A stretch of DNA of 64,000 bases, from positions 128,490,074 through 128,554,073 of the forward strand of contig OX597820.1 of NCBI GenBank assembly GCA_951406725.2, in the 5' to 3' direction. The translations under genes and the position numbers were made by a program. The stretch's first letter is position 1, and each line of letters starts with the position of its first letter. Shown here piece by piece: positions 1-13,394 of the stretch. This DNA is from Octopus vulgaris (lineage: Eukaryota). The notes under the pieces are model-generated. The model was not told the origin of the DNA. It worked only from the letters and a program-made list of their open reading frames with translations, and searched no databases.

Positions 1-210
1 TTTATGCCAAGTATTGAAAGGCTAAAGTATCATAGAAGAACAAGCACAGGTGTCTCACTAGTGATGGGATAAAGATGGTGGTGATGAGGTGCCAGAGCAT
101 ATTTTCAAGCCACAAGAAGGTGAGAACAGGAGAGAATACAGATTAAAATACACTACAAAAATGAATTCTTCAAAAAGGAATAACAGAATAATGGTAGGCT
201 CTGTTCTAAA

Positions 211-241
<31 letters not shown>

Positions 242-584
242 AACATCATAAAACAAAAACAAATTTCATTACTAGGTATCTGAAAATATAATTTTTCTGA
301 TAAGATCATCTAAAGATAACTTCAGGTTGAGAGCCATTCATGTTATGAGTAGGTAGACTGATTCTGTCACTTGGTTTAACACACACCCAGTCCATTGGTA
401 CCATTAGCAGATTCCACCATTTTGGACAATTAGGCCAGGTCATCAGATTGAGGATGGTGGAAGGAACTTATTCTATAAAAAATTAACTCTTACTCCTGTG
501 ACTAAGCCATAAAATAATTAAGTGAATAAACATACTTAACAATTAATCTACTGTTGCATGCAAGTTGTATATTATGTATGATAT

Positions 585-960
585 GGATATGTGATTAAGA
601 AGTTCAGTTCCCAACTGTACGGTTTCAACCTCAGACCCACTGTGTGACACCTTGAGCAAGTGTCTTCTACCACTGTCCCAGGCTGATCAAAGCTCTGGAC
701 TGTAGAAGATGAAAACTGAAAGAAGGCCTTCACATATGTGTATTTGAGTTGGTTATATCGCCCGCCCTGTTTTAAAATCGTGCTATAGTTGTAAATGAGC
801 ATATCTGTCATAAAGTGATGCTGTTCCTTTCCAGTCTTCTGTAAAAAGAAAACATGCCTGACCATGGGAAATATCACTTTCCTTGGAAACAGCTGAGGGT
901 TGGCAACGAGTATGGCATCCAGCTGTAGAAAAAAAAATTACCTCAACAAATTCCAGGCAA
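585..960 (+). mobile_element. Degenerate tRNA-derived SINE with an RTE-like tail
   Basis: Head (gtgattaagaagttc...caccttgagcaagtgtcttctac) matches the other SINE heads here; tail GGCATCCAGCTGTAGAAA matches the RTE 3' region at ~34213-34231. Boundaries approximate. Confidence 0.6.
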
Positions 961-1314
961 ATATGGAAGAGTACATGTCAATATGAAAACACAAACGATG
1001 AACTCCATCGAGTTGAGATATATATGTCTGCATTCTTTTTCTTGCGGACATGTCACAAAAGTGTGTATTCCAGATGAAACTGTATTTTCTGACACCTAAT
1101 TAGAATAACTTATAAATGAAGTAAAGACTACATTAGCTTAGCTAATGTCATTTTAATCCTTTTAACAGGTAAAGAACAGAGGGTGTTTCAGTTTCATTGG
1201 ACCTCCCCATTGAAGCATAGACATGTCTTTATACATTTATTAATGACTGATGACAATATTAAAAAAACAGAAGTATATATGATTCAGAAAAAATTTTATT
1301 TATATATATATATA

Positions 1315-1475
1315 TAGGCATGGCTGTGTGGTAAGAACTTTGCAATGCAATCAAATGGTTCCAGGTTCAGTCTCATTGCATAGCACCATCATCATCTGCT
1401 ATAGCGTTGGGCCTAACAAAGCCTTGTGAGTGGATTTGGCAAATGGAAACTAAAAAAAGCCCATGTATATATATA
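1315..1475 (+). mobile_element. 5' half of an Octopus OK-like SINE, split at its central microsatellite
   Basis: ggcatggctgtgtggtaagaac...aaagccttgtgagtggatttgg...aagccc then (TA)n; homologous to the intact copy at 19007-19416. Confidence 0.75.
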
Positions 1476-2253
1476 ATAAATTGATCCAAGGATATCCATT
1501 TCCTCATTCTATGGCTGTCTGCCAAGATGGTAATTTCTTTGCTCGAGCCCGATTTCTGTTCTACTTGTTATTTTTCCAGTGATTAGGGGTTTTCTTAGAG
1601 GATTTTTTGACCCTGATTTTCACAACATTGCAGGCACAAAATGTGCACTATTATGATAATAAAATTTTGGATTTACCATTTATAGGCTTTTGCTAATTGA
1701 CCACCTATATTATTGTTGCTATTATTCATTTTACCAATGATAATAATTAATAATAATATCTATATAAATATTTTTGAATGTTTATTCATTAAATATATAT
1801 AAATATATATATGTATCTGAGGCAATGCCAGGTCATTAGTGTCACTTGGGCTCATCACAGATTTCACATAAGACACCTGTATAAAAGAAGGTAAGAGACA
1901 TAATGCACACCACATACTTCTATGTGCACTGATAATTTAACAATAAGACAGAAATGTAGTTGAAAACATTGAATTTGAATTACTTTTAATTTTTACGATT
2001 ATAGATAACAACTCAGGCTTTAACATCTGAGCCCAAGTCAGGAGCGTATGAACAATGTCAACAGAATGTCTGCTATGTATATCTTTTGACACAGGGCACC
2101 TCTAAGATGACCACCAGACACCGAATGAAAATAAATGAAATGCAACCAGGCTCAATAAAAGGAACCTGAGTTATTGGCTGTAATTACATACTTGAAGTCA
2201 GTCTTGGCGAGTGCCAGAGTCGCCACTGATATATATATATATACACATATATA

Positions 2254-3886
2254 CAGTTGCGGCCAAAATGTTCAGAACGGCATTGTTTTCGTCAGAAAAG
2301 TAGGTATAAGTTTTTATCAAAGTTGTTTTATATTCTATAATTTTCATAGACAATAAATGCGATATTACTTGTTATTGTCTGAGATTTTGGTGTAATTTGA
2401 GAGGACAATACAAAAGCTATGGATGATGTAGTGATTTACTGCAAAACCCATGGCAGCCAAAATGACCAGAACAGTTGCTTTTACTCCGTGTTTTAGTATA
2501 TTTAACCGGCGAACTCTAATGTTTTGAATTTGTTTACGTGACGGTTCGTTTACTAAATATTAGTAAGAATATCTGCAGTGTACTTTGTTAATATAATGCC
2601 ACTTACTCCGTTACCAATTCGTCAGCAGATTATTAAGCTTCGAAAGAAGGATAATTTAAGTATTGGGTCTATTGCAACGATTGTTAACAAGTCAAAAAGT
2701 GTTGTTCACGGTATTCTTAAGGTCTACGATGATTGTAGTTCGTGTGAAGCAAGAAGGTCTACAGGTAGGCCAAGAAAACAACCAAGAGAGAAGATCGTGC
2801 TATGGTAAAATTGGTTAAAAAGGACAGATTTAAAACTGCTGCTGCTGTTTCTCAGGAAATGAGCATTGTACTGAAGAAAACTTTATCTCGAAAAACTGTG
2901 TTTCGTCGTTTAGTTGAACATGGCCTACAAGCAAGAGCACCTGCAAGTAAAGCCACTGATCAGGTCCAAGAATAAAAAGTGTCATCTTAACTTTGCAACC
3001 GAACATGTGTTGTGGTCTCAAGAAAAATGGCAAACGGTGCATTTCAGTGATGAATCTAAGTTTATGTTATTTGGCTCAGATGGGAAAAGGTACGTTCGTC
3101 GAAAAGTAGGTGAAAAATTGTCGCCTAAATGCCTTAAGACTAGTGTTAAATTCGGTGAAGGAAGTGTCATGGTTTGGGGGATGATATCTGGAGATGGTGT
3201 GGGGCCCTTTGGTGCAATTACATGGAATAGTAAATGCAGGAGTTTATAAACAACTTGTAAAAGATCATGCCTTGCCTGTGCTGAGAAATTCAACTAAACG
3301 ACCACCCATATTCATGCAGGACAATGCCCCATGTCACATGGCTAAGGTGATCATGAACTTCCTCAAGGCTGAAAAGGTTATTGTTATGGATTGGCCTGCT
3401 CAAAGCCCAGATCTCAATCCTATTGAAAATGTGTGGAATATTCTAGGAGAACGTTCGAAAGCCAGAAATCCTAAAACAACCGAGGAATTATGGAATGCCC
3501 TTCAGGAAGAATGGAATAAGATCACCCAGCAAGAAATCGAAAATTTAATTTCTTCATGCAGTCGAAGATGTTCAAGTGTGATTGAAGCTAAAGGGCTTCA
3601 CACTAAATATTAAATAATTCCAGTATTCTCAGTCCTTTTTGATTATTTTGTTATATTTTCAACCGTTCTGATCATTTTGGCCGCCATGGGTTTTGCAGTA
3701 AATCACTAAATCATCCATAAGTTTTGTATTATCCTATCTAATTACACCAAAATCATCTCAGACAATAACAAATAATATCGTATTTATTGTCTGTGAAAAT
3801 TATAGAATATAAAACAACTTTGATAAAAACTTATACCTACTTTTCTGATGAAAACAATGCCGTTCTGAACATTTTGGCCACAACTG
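2254..3886 (+). mobile_element. Full-length Tc1-family (DD34E) transposon, 1633 bp, IR/DR-type TIRs
   Basis: ~225-bp TIRs (2254-2477 and 3660-3886) start CAGTTGCGGCCAAAATGTTCAGAACGG and carry an inner direct repeat. TA TSD at 2252-53 and 3887-88. Confidence 0.95.
2596..3613 (+). pseudogene. Tc1 transposase with three frameshifts (~2778, ~2950, ~3210)
   Basis: GRPRK, FSDESKF, QDNAPCH and WPAQSPDLNPIE, with 34 residues between the second D and the E. Confidence 0.93.
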
Positions 3887-3892
3887 TATATA

Positions 3893-4693
3893 CAGGGTGC
3901 TGTGAATAGATTGTCACCTAAATAACGCAAAAATGAAAATAACACTGACATTTCATTCGTTTACTAAAATTACATAAAAATATCTTGAAATACTAAAGAG
4001 TAGATTTATTCAATAAAATTGCCATTGGCATCAACCACGACCTCCAGACAACTTCAGAATCTCCAGCAACTCTTCTGGACAGTCTCCTTGTTTAAGTTGG
4101 TGAATGCTGCCATAATCCTTGCTGCCTTGTTGATCTCTCACTAAACTGCTCCCCACACATAATAATCAGGTGCAGTCTGGAGAGTTAGGTGGCCAGATGT
4201 TAGGGGTGATGTGGTTGCAGAAATTGTCTGACAGCCATAACTGGATTCTCCTGCTTGTGTGGCATGGTTCAGAGTCCTGTTGCCAGACATAGGGTATTCC
4301 AGCAGCCAGCCTCTTGATCCAGGGCAGCACTACCTCCTCCAGGCACTTGATGTAGTCCCCTATGTTGAATCTGAGGTTGTGTGGGAAGATGGAGACATAA
4401 CGTCACCACCACTAGTGATCACTCCAAACAACATGATGTTGACTGGACGTTTGATTTTTATCACTCTTGGTACATGTCCTCAGAATGACACCTAAACACT
4501 CTGAAATGTTCATATTGGAGCTTCTGGCACAAATTCCAAACAGCACAGCGTGTCATTTCCAAGTTTCTAGCAAAGTGAATTGAGTCATGGTGTTTTTCTC
4601 ACGGACAGTGCCCCTACTGTGTAGTCGACAAAATCAAAAACAATGCACAAAATTAAAAATATAAAATGGCGACAATTTACACGTCACACCCTG
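3893..4693 (-). mobile_element. Internally deleted maT/DD37D mariner-like element
   Basis: Imperfect ~26-bp TIRs (CAGGGTG...ATTGTCACC / GGCGACAAT...CACCCTG) with TA flanks. Minus strand reads YVWQQDSEPCH...IWPPNSPDC..DYYVWG; D37D spacing after restoring a small deletion. Confidence 0.82.
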
Positions 4694-4696
4694 TAT

Positions 4697-4903
4697 ATGT
4701 GTGTGTGAGTGTGTGTCCCGCCACCGTTTTATAACCGGTGTTGATGTGTTTATGTTCCTGTAACTTAGCGGTTCGACAAAAGATATCGATAGAATAAGTA
4801 TCAGGCTTTAAAAAAAAAGTACTGGAGTCGATTCATTCACTAAAAATTCTTCAGGGCAGTGTCCTAGCATGACTACAGTCTAATGAAAGAAACGAGTAAA
4901 AAA
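4697..4903 (+). mobile_element. 3' half of the SINE begun at 1315
   Basis: (TG)n, then taacttagcggttcgacaaaaga...gatagaataagta...gaaacgagtaaaa, the standard tail of this family. Confidence 0.7.
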
Positions 4904-4991
4904 TTTCTAAATAGTAACTATTGTTAGATGCTTAATTTCTTCAATTTCTTTGAAATGCAATTTTGCTATTTTGGATTCTTCACAAGACATA

Positions 4992-5367
4992 AGTGCAGGC
5001 ATGGCTGTGTGGCTAAGAAACTCTCATTGCAATCACATGGTTTCGAGCTCAGTATCACTGCACAGCACTTTGGACAAGCATTTTCAACTATAGCCTTGGA
5101 TAGACCACCGCCCTGTGAGTGAATCTGGTGGACTAAAACTGTATGTAAACCAGTCATATATGTGTTTGTTTTCCCACAAAGCCGCTTGACAACTGTGTTG
5201 GTTTATTTATGTCCCCGTAACTTGACTGGTCGTCGAAAAGAGACCTATAGAATCAGTACTAGATTATTAAAAAAAACGATGTACTGGGTCGATTTGTTCG
5301 ACTAAACTCTTCAAAGAAGTACCCCAGCACAGCCGCAGTCCAATGAGTGAAACGAGTAAAATATAAG
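4992..5367 (+). mobile_element. OK-like SINE, full length, diverged
   Basis: Head, body and tail are colinear with the other copies. Confidence 0.8.
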
Positions 5368-5920
5368 AAAAAAAAAACTGACACTTCAAGTTGAAAAGTC
5401 CGGTTAATTTCTCGTGTTATGTAGCTGTTGTCAACCGAAGCTAAGTGTATATTTCTTTATTAGCTAACATGTCGCTGGTGGAAAGATCCTCCACAAGTGC
5501 TTATTATTGTTTCGACTACAGTAAATATAATTTTAAATTTGGTAATAAACGAAAAATTCAGTAGCAACTCTATCAGTAATTTCTGAGAGCGAGAGGCATA
5601 TTAAAAGCCAAAATGGAGTAAATAAATAAACCCGCGAGAAAATAGGTTGTCTCAAGTCCCCTGGAGGGCGGGGCCGTGAGGACGGAAAAGCGTGTGAACA
5701 AATCGTCATGTTTAATAAAATTGTTATTTCTACTGTGCGTTTTGCGTTTTGAATCTGTCCAACAACATAGCGAAGTAAATAAATTTTATTGTTTGAAACA
5801 CTATTCTGTCTTAGCTAATAAATAAAAAAGGGATTTCACAAATATTTTGAAGGAGTCTGGTAAGCGTCTGTTGGAAGATAGCAAAGATAAAAGAAAACCA
5901 CAGATTATATTTATCCATAC

Positions 5921-6617
5921 CTGGTAAAATCCATCGGATAATTGCAGCTTCGAAAGCATCTTTATTTTGATGCTCAATAGGCACCAGAAAACATTTGTCA
6001 GTTCCACGTTCGATTCCACCAAAAACACAGAATCTTTTCATATGCTTCTTTTCATTGGGTGTAGGTTTGAAATGTGTGGTCACATCTATCTCAACAACTT
6101 TTGGTTCACCTGACTGTAAATCGAACCCGCCAATCTCGGGTGGGTAGGCACCTAATTCAGTCGGGTGGTCTTCCAGGAACCGTTCTAGTAGTTCTCGGAT
6201 GAGACAAAACAGGTCAATTGTTGATTTCTTACTTACGGTACTCTCATGGGCAATCTCAGAATGGAAATATTCCCTTGACCACATATACATAAGCCATATG
6301 AATGTTGTCAGCGACAGGCGGCTATTCTCGAAAAAGGATCCTTTGCGGATTGATCTACAGTAGTTATGCTTTGGGCATCTCCATCGTTTTCCATCTATAC
6401 CCTTCTGGTAACCGTTGACTGTACACGGGTTCCCGCAAGTGGGACACACAACAGAATTGCTTATAAGTTCATATTTCGCCAGCCATGTAATTGCTTTTTC
6501 ATTCGTAGAAGTTTGTTGAAAGAGATCACAAAATGTCCATGTCTCTTGCTTAATTTTTTCGTCATCAATAATGTCTGAGCTTATTATTTTGGGGCTTGGT
6601 TGTCTTCGGCGTGACAT
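5921..6617 (-). CDS. Gene A, coding exon 1: Merlin/IS1595 (ISXO2-like) transposase-derived protein; downstream exon(s) not found, probably left of the window
   Basis: ATG at 6617 (MSRRRQPSPK). Zn-ribbon CPTCGNPC...WRCPKHNYC, SIRKGSFFENSRLSL, VVEID, VFGGIER and RWILPG are IS1595/Merlin motifs. Homology to gene B stops at CCA G|GTATGG (donor at 5920), the same donor sequence and position as in gene B. No stops or frameshifts. Confidence 0.85.
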
Positions 6618-6662
6618 TATGTGAGGAATTAACAAAAAGAAAATCAAAACAAAAACAAAGGC

Positions 6663-6706
6663 TTTATACGAAACTAATACTTTAAAAAGTGTTACTTTCG
6701 TATAAA
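6663..6706. promoter_or_regulatory. 44-bp imperfect palindrome upstream of gene A
   Basis: TTTATACGAAACTAATACTTT-AA-AAAGTGTTACTTTCGTATAAA; the arms match 19/21; 46-89 nt upstream of the ATG. Regulatory role is inferred. Confidence 0.5.
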
Positions 6707-7254
6707 TTGTTTTCTGTTTAGAAGGAAATATTTCTTTTCTTTACTTCTTTGAATCGAAATCCATTTCTTCTTTTTTTTTTTTTTACATTTTTTTGTTGTT
6801 GAAAATAACTATTACAAGTTTCCTTTCTATAAATACAGAATGTATCTTTTCACGGCGATGTTTCCTACAACCGAAACTATGCCCCTTTTCACTATAGAAA
6901 TGGAAAAGAAATTTGATACTACTAGCGAAGACTGAACCCGATGCGCGCCCACGCGCAGTCGCGTGTCCGCGCTAGCTAGTCGTAAGTAGTCGATCCTAGG
7001 ACTTGCGCGTATGCAAATGAGTTGTGTTGTAGGTTGGAAGACAATCAATGGGTCTAATTAATGATCAAGACAAGGGGTGGGGGTTAGTGTAAATAAACAA
7101 ACAAAACCCTTCATGGAATGCTATAATATGCTCTCCTCTCTCGCTCAGACATTCTTACACACGTGTAATGAACTGTTACCGAAATATCTCCATCAATCCA
7201 TATCAACTTTCCATTGCTTATCATTTTAAGGATATTTTGTTTCTTCTCTCATTC

Positions 7255-7890
<636 letters not shown>

Positions 7891-9333
7891 CTAGCAGTAT
7901 CGCCCGGCGTTGCTCGGGTTTGTTTCGACCCGCTGGAATTGTAATTTTGAAAAGTAAAAATTTTGTGAACATTTTTCTGGTCGAAATACACCGAAAAGTG
8001 GCGACACAGCAGTGAAAAAATCGTAAAAAATAGGGATTTTCATAGAAAAAAGCATCTTTTTGATGTAAATAATTTTTGGTGTTAACATGGTCCGATTTGA
8101 ATTTTATGTTCTACGGAAGGAAGAGCAACCCTTCTTCTACCATACTCTCAATTTTGGTCAACTTGCGCCGCAGGGTCTCGGAGGAGATAGTGTTAGTTGA
8201 AGGTTACCATTCTAGGTGCCTGAGTAACAACCTCGCGGATTTACAGATAAATGAATTAATTACTATTTTACAGAATAAAATTAAATAATTCTTGAAAATT
8301 AATTAATATTAATATTTTTTGAACAAAGTAAATAATTTTTAAGACTTAAATAATAATGTTTTTACACAAACGCGAACGGGGAAAAGGGGGTGGCGAATTC
8401 GATTTACATACCTAAATTTTTTTTTTCATGACATTGTAGCAAAATAGTAGTGAATTATATAAATACCAGCAGTACATTTTTTTTTCTGGGGTATTTTTTT
8501 TCAACCTCGTCACATATTTGCCCCTTTCAATTTAAACAAAGTCTTAATTAAGCAATTACGGCAGCTTAGCAATGGTTTCAATACAGGCGTGACATCTGTA
8601 TCTCAATTGTTCAAAACCCTTCGAATTTTTTCGCACGTGATGATATCATAGTGAAAACTTTCAATTACGCGCGCTTATTTCTGTCTTTCACTCTGTCTGT
8701 CTCTTTACACACACTAACAAAAGCACTTCACTTACACACCTCACTTTCTGTGTCGCACAACCCATCAAACACACACACACACTCACGCACGCACACATGT
8801 ACATCAATGCTTTCGGAGTGAAATGTTAAAATATTGAGTTTTCTCGAATTTTGTCTTAATTGGTGGTAAAATTGAAAGAAATTTTTTATGGCATCACCCA
8901 CTGATGTACTCTGAAAAATCATGGGTACACTCTAATTGAAGAAATTGTGTGAGGAGTAAATCGTTATGTATTTATTTGTTTCTGTTTGCTGTGTTTTTTT
9001 ATTTTTTGAGTAGTGGTTTAAATACTTTCAGTTTAGTCTTCCTCAAATCACTCTGTCGCTATTTACTTTCATTTTATTCGTTGCACACTGTGTGTGTGCG
9101 TGTGCGTGTGGTGTAAACCATATTTAGAAAAGCATTTGACACACACACCAGAATGTGAGTTTTCTGTAAATTTTGCTTAATTGGAGTTTAAACTTTAAAA
9201 ACTGGACCTGGCATGACCCGATGCATTCTACTCTTAAAAATGCTAGGTAAATTGTAATTGAAGAAATCCTATATTGTAGATTTCTATAACTCCCAAAGGG
9301 AGGCAGATAAAATCTGCCTTTTATAATAAGAGA
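7891..9333 (-). mobile_element. Non-autonomous Helitron, unit 1
   Basis: On the minus strand the 5' end is TCTCTTATTATAAAAGGCAG and the 3' end is hairpin CCCGAGCAACGCCGGG followed by CTAG; inserted between A and T. Confidence 0.8.
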
Positions 9334-9365
9334 TAAAGATATATATACATACATATATATATATA

Positions 9366-10486
9366 CTAGCAGTATCGCCCGGCGTTGCTCGGGTTTGTAA
9401 GGGAAATAACTATATAAGCATTTTTAGAGAGTTATAGCCAAAAAATAGCAAAAAATGCATTAAAAATGGAAAAAATATGATGGTAAATTTTTTGAAAAAT
9501 CGTTGACTCATCGTAGACATTTTTAGAGAGTTACTTCCCTTATATAATAGCGAAAAAATGCATTAAAATGGAAAAAAAACGATGGTAAATTTTTTTTTAA
9601 ATCGTAGACTCATGTAGACGCTTTCTTAGCCATTTCTGTTTTGGTGTCTTCAAGCCATGAAGTCGTTGTTCTAAAAGAACGCTGGTCTCCTTGACAACGC
9701 ATTACGACGTTGATTTCCTTACACTCCTTTCCCCGCAGGTGTGAGCGTGGACGCCAACTCCGCCGCCATCGACACACGAAAAATTATGCATTAAAATGGA
9801 ATAAAAAATGATGTTAAATTATTTTTAAAATCGTAGACTCATCGTAGACGCGCGCTAATACTCAGACGGGCTCGATATGAATCACGACTATAAGCTACCC
9901 GAATTTGGTTAAACTGCACCGCAAAATGTGGGAGTAGTTAGGAATCTAAATCGAAGGGGACAGACACTCACACAACTACAGTTTTATATATATAGATATA
10001 CATAGCGCAGTAGTGGTGAGATGTGACAGCAAAGAAAAGCATACATTCACTCTCTGCATGCAATTAGACTCGGAAAGTTCGTGAGGAACCCATTGACCCA
10101 ATTTGCTGGCTTTTCCGATAGCACACAGGTCTCAATGAATGGTTGAATGACCAAATCCAAGCTTCTCTGCTAGTTCCTCAACAGTTACGATGAGATTTTG
10201 TTCCACCAGGGTTTTCAGGATGTCCTTGTCGAGTTCTACAGATCTTTCAGGATGAGGCTCGTCTTCTAGGCTGTTCCAATATAGCTTTGAAAAAAATAGC
10301 TGTTAAAATCGAAATGCACTCTTCAAAACTTGCACTATGAATAAGGACAAGATAAAATTACTACCTGCTTTTATAGCAAGTTAATATAAAGTAGTTTATC
10401 CCATTCCCCTCTGACTTTTAGTTCAAGCTGTTGAAAAAACCGCATTATTATATATATATACATACATACATACATACATACATACA

Positions 10487-10518
<32 letters not shown>

Positions 10519-10740
10519 CACACACACTCTCTCTCTCACACACATGCACACATTTATATTCTGTTATTCTTTTATATGTTTCAGCCTTGAGGTTGTGGCC
10601 ATGCTGGATCATGTGTGTGTGTGTGTGTGTGTCTATCTATCTGTCTGTCTGTATGTATATATGTATATGTATGTGTGTGAACAATAATATTTTCAACAGA
10701 TGTGTTGCAAATGTATCTGATTGTTCTCAAGCTTCAATAC

Positions 10741-10777
<37 letters not shown>

Positions 10778-11355
10778 ATGTATGTATGTATATCTATGTA
10801 TGTATGTATGTGTGTATGTATGTATATGTGTGTGTATGTATGTATGTGTCTGTGTGTGTGTGTATGTATGTATGTATGTATGTATGTATGTATGTATGTA
10901 TGAGTGTATGTTTACTTTATTACTAACACAAGCCACTACGGTTATTTAATGTAAAGTCTTCCTCAAATCACTATCTCTGGCTATTTACTCTCTTCCAAGA
11001 ACATTTTCACTCACACTTATGTGTTAGCTTCCCATACATTTTACTCATGTATCTATCAGCGTGATAGAGAGAAACAAATATTACATCTAGTTTCACTTTA
11101 TTCGTTGCCCACTGTGTGTGTGCGTTTGCGTGTGGTGTAAACCAGACTAAGAAAAGCATTTGACACACACACCAGAATGTGAGTTTTCTGTAAATTTTGC
11201 TTAATTGGAGTTTAAATTTTAAAAACTGGACCTGGCATGACGCGATGCATTGTACTCTTAAAAATGCTAGGTAAATTGTAATTGAAGAAATCCTATATTG
11301 TAGATTTCTATAACTCCCAAAGGGAGGCAGATAAAATCTGCCTTTTATAATAAGA
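9366..11355 (-). mobile_element. Composite Helitron, unit 2, with captured mariner fragment
   Basis: Same termini as unit 1; internal second 5' end TCTATATATATAAAAC at 9996; mariner remnant at ~10010-10450. Confidence 0.8.
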
Positions 11356-12671
11356 CTAGCAGTATCGCCCGGCGTTGCTCGGATTTGTAAGGGAAATAAC
11401 TATGTAAGCATTTTTAGAGAGTTATAGCCAAAAAATAGCAAAAAATGCATTAAAAATGGAAAAAATATGATGGTAAATTTTTTGAAAAATCGTTGACTCA
11501 TCGTAGACATTTTTAGAGAGTTACTTCCCTTATATAATAGCGAAAAAATGCATTAAAATGGAAAAAAAACGATGGTAAATTTTTTTTAAATCGTAGACTC
11601 ATGTAGACGCTTTCTTAGCCATTTCTGTTTTGGTGTCTTCAAGCCATGAAGTCGTTGTTCTAAAAGAACGCTGGTCTCCTTGACAACGCATTACGACGTT
11701 GATTTCCTTACACTCCCTTCCCCACAGGTGCAGGTGTGAGCGTGGACGCCAACTCCGCCGCCATCGACACACGAAAAATTATGCATTAAAATGGAATAAA
11801 AAATGATGTTAAATTATTTTTAAAATCGTAGACTCATCGTAGACGCGCGCTAATACTCAGACGGGCTCGATATGAATCACGACTATAAGCTACCCGAATT
11901 TGGTTAAACTGCACCGCAAAATGTGGGAGTAGTTAGGAATCTAAATCGAAGGGGACAGACACTCACACAACTACAGTTTTATATATATAGATATACATAG
12001 CGCAGTAGTGGTGAGATGTGACAGCAAAGAAAAGCATACATTCACTCTCTGCATGCAATTAGACTCGGAAAGTTCGTGAGGAACCCATTGACCCAATTTG
12101 CTGGCTTTTCCGATAGCACACAGGTCTCAATGAATGGTTGAATGACCAAATCCAAGCTTCTCTGCTAGTTCCTCAACAGTTACGTTGAGATTTTGTTCCA
12201 CCAGGGTTTTCAGGATATCCTTGTCGAGTTCTACAGATCTTTCAGGATGAGGCTCGTCTTCTAGGCTGTAGTTTATGGCTCGGGATTTCTGGAACCACCA
12301 TTGACACTGCCTTACGCTTATTGTCCAATCCCCATATACTGCATTAATATTTCTTGTACTTTGCACACATTTATATTCTGTTATTCTTTTATATGTTTCA
12401 GCCTTGAGGTTGTGGCCATGCTGGATCATGTGTGTGTGTGTGTGTGTGTGTCTATCTGTCTGTCTGTCTGTATGTATATATGTATATGTATGTGTGTGAA
12501 CAATAATATTTTCAACAGATGTGTTGCAAATGTATCTGATTGTTCTCAAGCTTCAATACTGTGTGTGTGTGTATGTGTGTGTGTGTGTATGTATGCATGT
12601 ATGTATGTATATGTATGTATGTATGTATGTGTGTATGTATGTATGTGTGTGTGTATGTATGTATGTGTGTA

Positions 12672-12704
<33 letters not shown>

Positions 12705-13224
12705 ATGTATGTATGTATGTATGTATGTATATATGTATGAGTGTATGTTTACTTTATTACTAACACAAGCCACTACGGTTATTTAATGTAAAGTCTTCTT
12801 CAAATCACTCTCTCTCTCGCTATTTACTCTCTTCCAAGAACATTTTCACTCACTCTTAGCTCTTAGCTTCCCATACATTTTACTCATGTATCTATCAGCG
12901 TCATAGGCAGAATACTTTCAGTTTAGTCTTCCTCAAATCACTCTGTCGCTATTTACTTTCATTTTATTCGTTGCACACTGTGTGTGTGCGTTTGCGTGTG
13001 GTGTAAACCAGACTAAGAAAAGCATTTGACACACACACCAGAATGTGAGTTTTCTGTAAATTTTGCTTAATTGGAGTTAAAATTTTAAAAACTGGACCTG
13101 GCATGACGCGATGCATTGTACTCTTAAAAATGCTAGGTAAATTGTAATTGAAGAAATCCTATATTGTAGATTTGTATAACTCCCAAAGGGAGCAGATAAA
13201 ATCTGCCTTTTATTTTATAATAAG

Positions 13225-13225
<1 letters not shown>
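11356..13225 (-). mobile_element. Composite Helitron, unit 3
   Basis: Near-identical to units 2 and 4; joined head-to-tail to unit 2 (minus strand CTAG|TCTTATT). Confidence 0.8.
12010..12363 (-). pseudogene. Mariner transposase N-terminal HTH fragment carried in the Helitron (copies at ~14050-14403 and ~10015-10274)
   Basis: STRNINAVYGDWTISVRQCQWWFQK...SLEDEPHPERSVELDKDILKTLVEQN..VTVEELAEKLG resembles the mariner (Mos1/Hsmar-type) N-terminus. Confidence 0.8.
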
Positions 13226-13255
<30 letters not shown>

Positions 13256-13256
13256 C

Positions 13257-13300
<44 letters not shown>

Positions 13301-13320
13301 CATACATACATACATACATA

Positions 13321-13382
<62 letters not shown>

Positions 13383-13394
13383 CATATATATATA

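Noticed and set aside
2085-2135. Possible Penelope-type hammerhead remnant (ctaagatgacc...accgaa)
   Set aside because: The core CTGANGA/GAAA is not intact and no supporting stems were found.
1-5920. Search for gene A exon 2, including the candidate acceptor near 1095 (minus strand TAG|GTGTC)
   Set aside because: No GTxIxSD or HTxxIxxxW motif follows it; the exon is probably outside the window, although loss cannot be excluded.
5811-6647. Unspliced 278-aa ORF with an upstream non-ATG start, or a bacterial IS1595 contaminant
   Set aside because: Homology to gene B starts at ATG 6617 and ends at the splice donor; spliceosomal signals and flanking SINEs show a eukaryotic locus.
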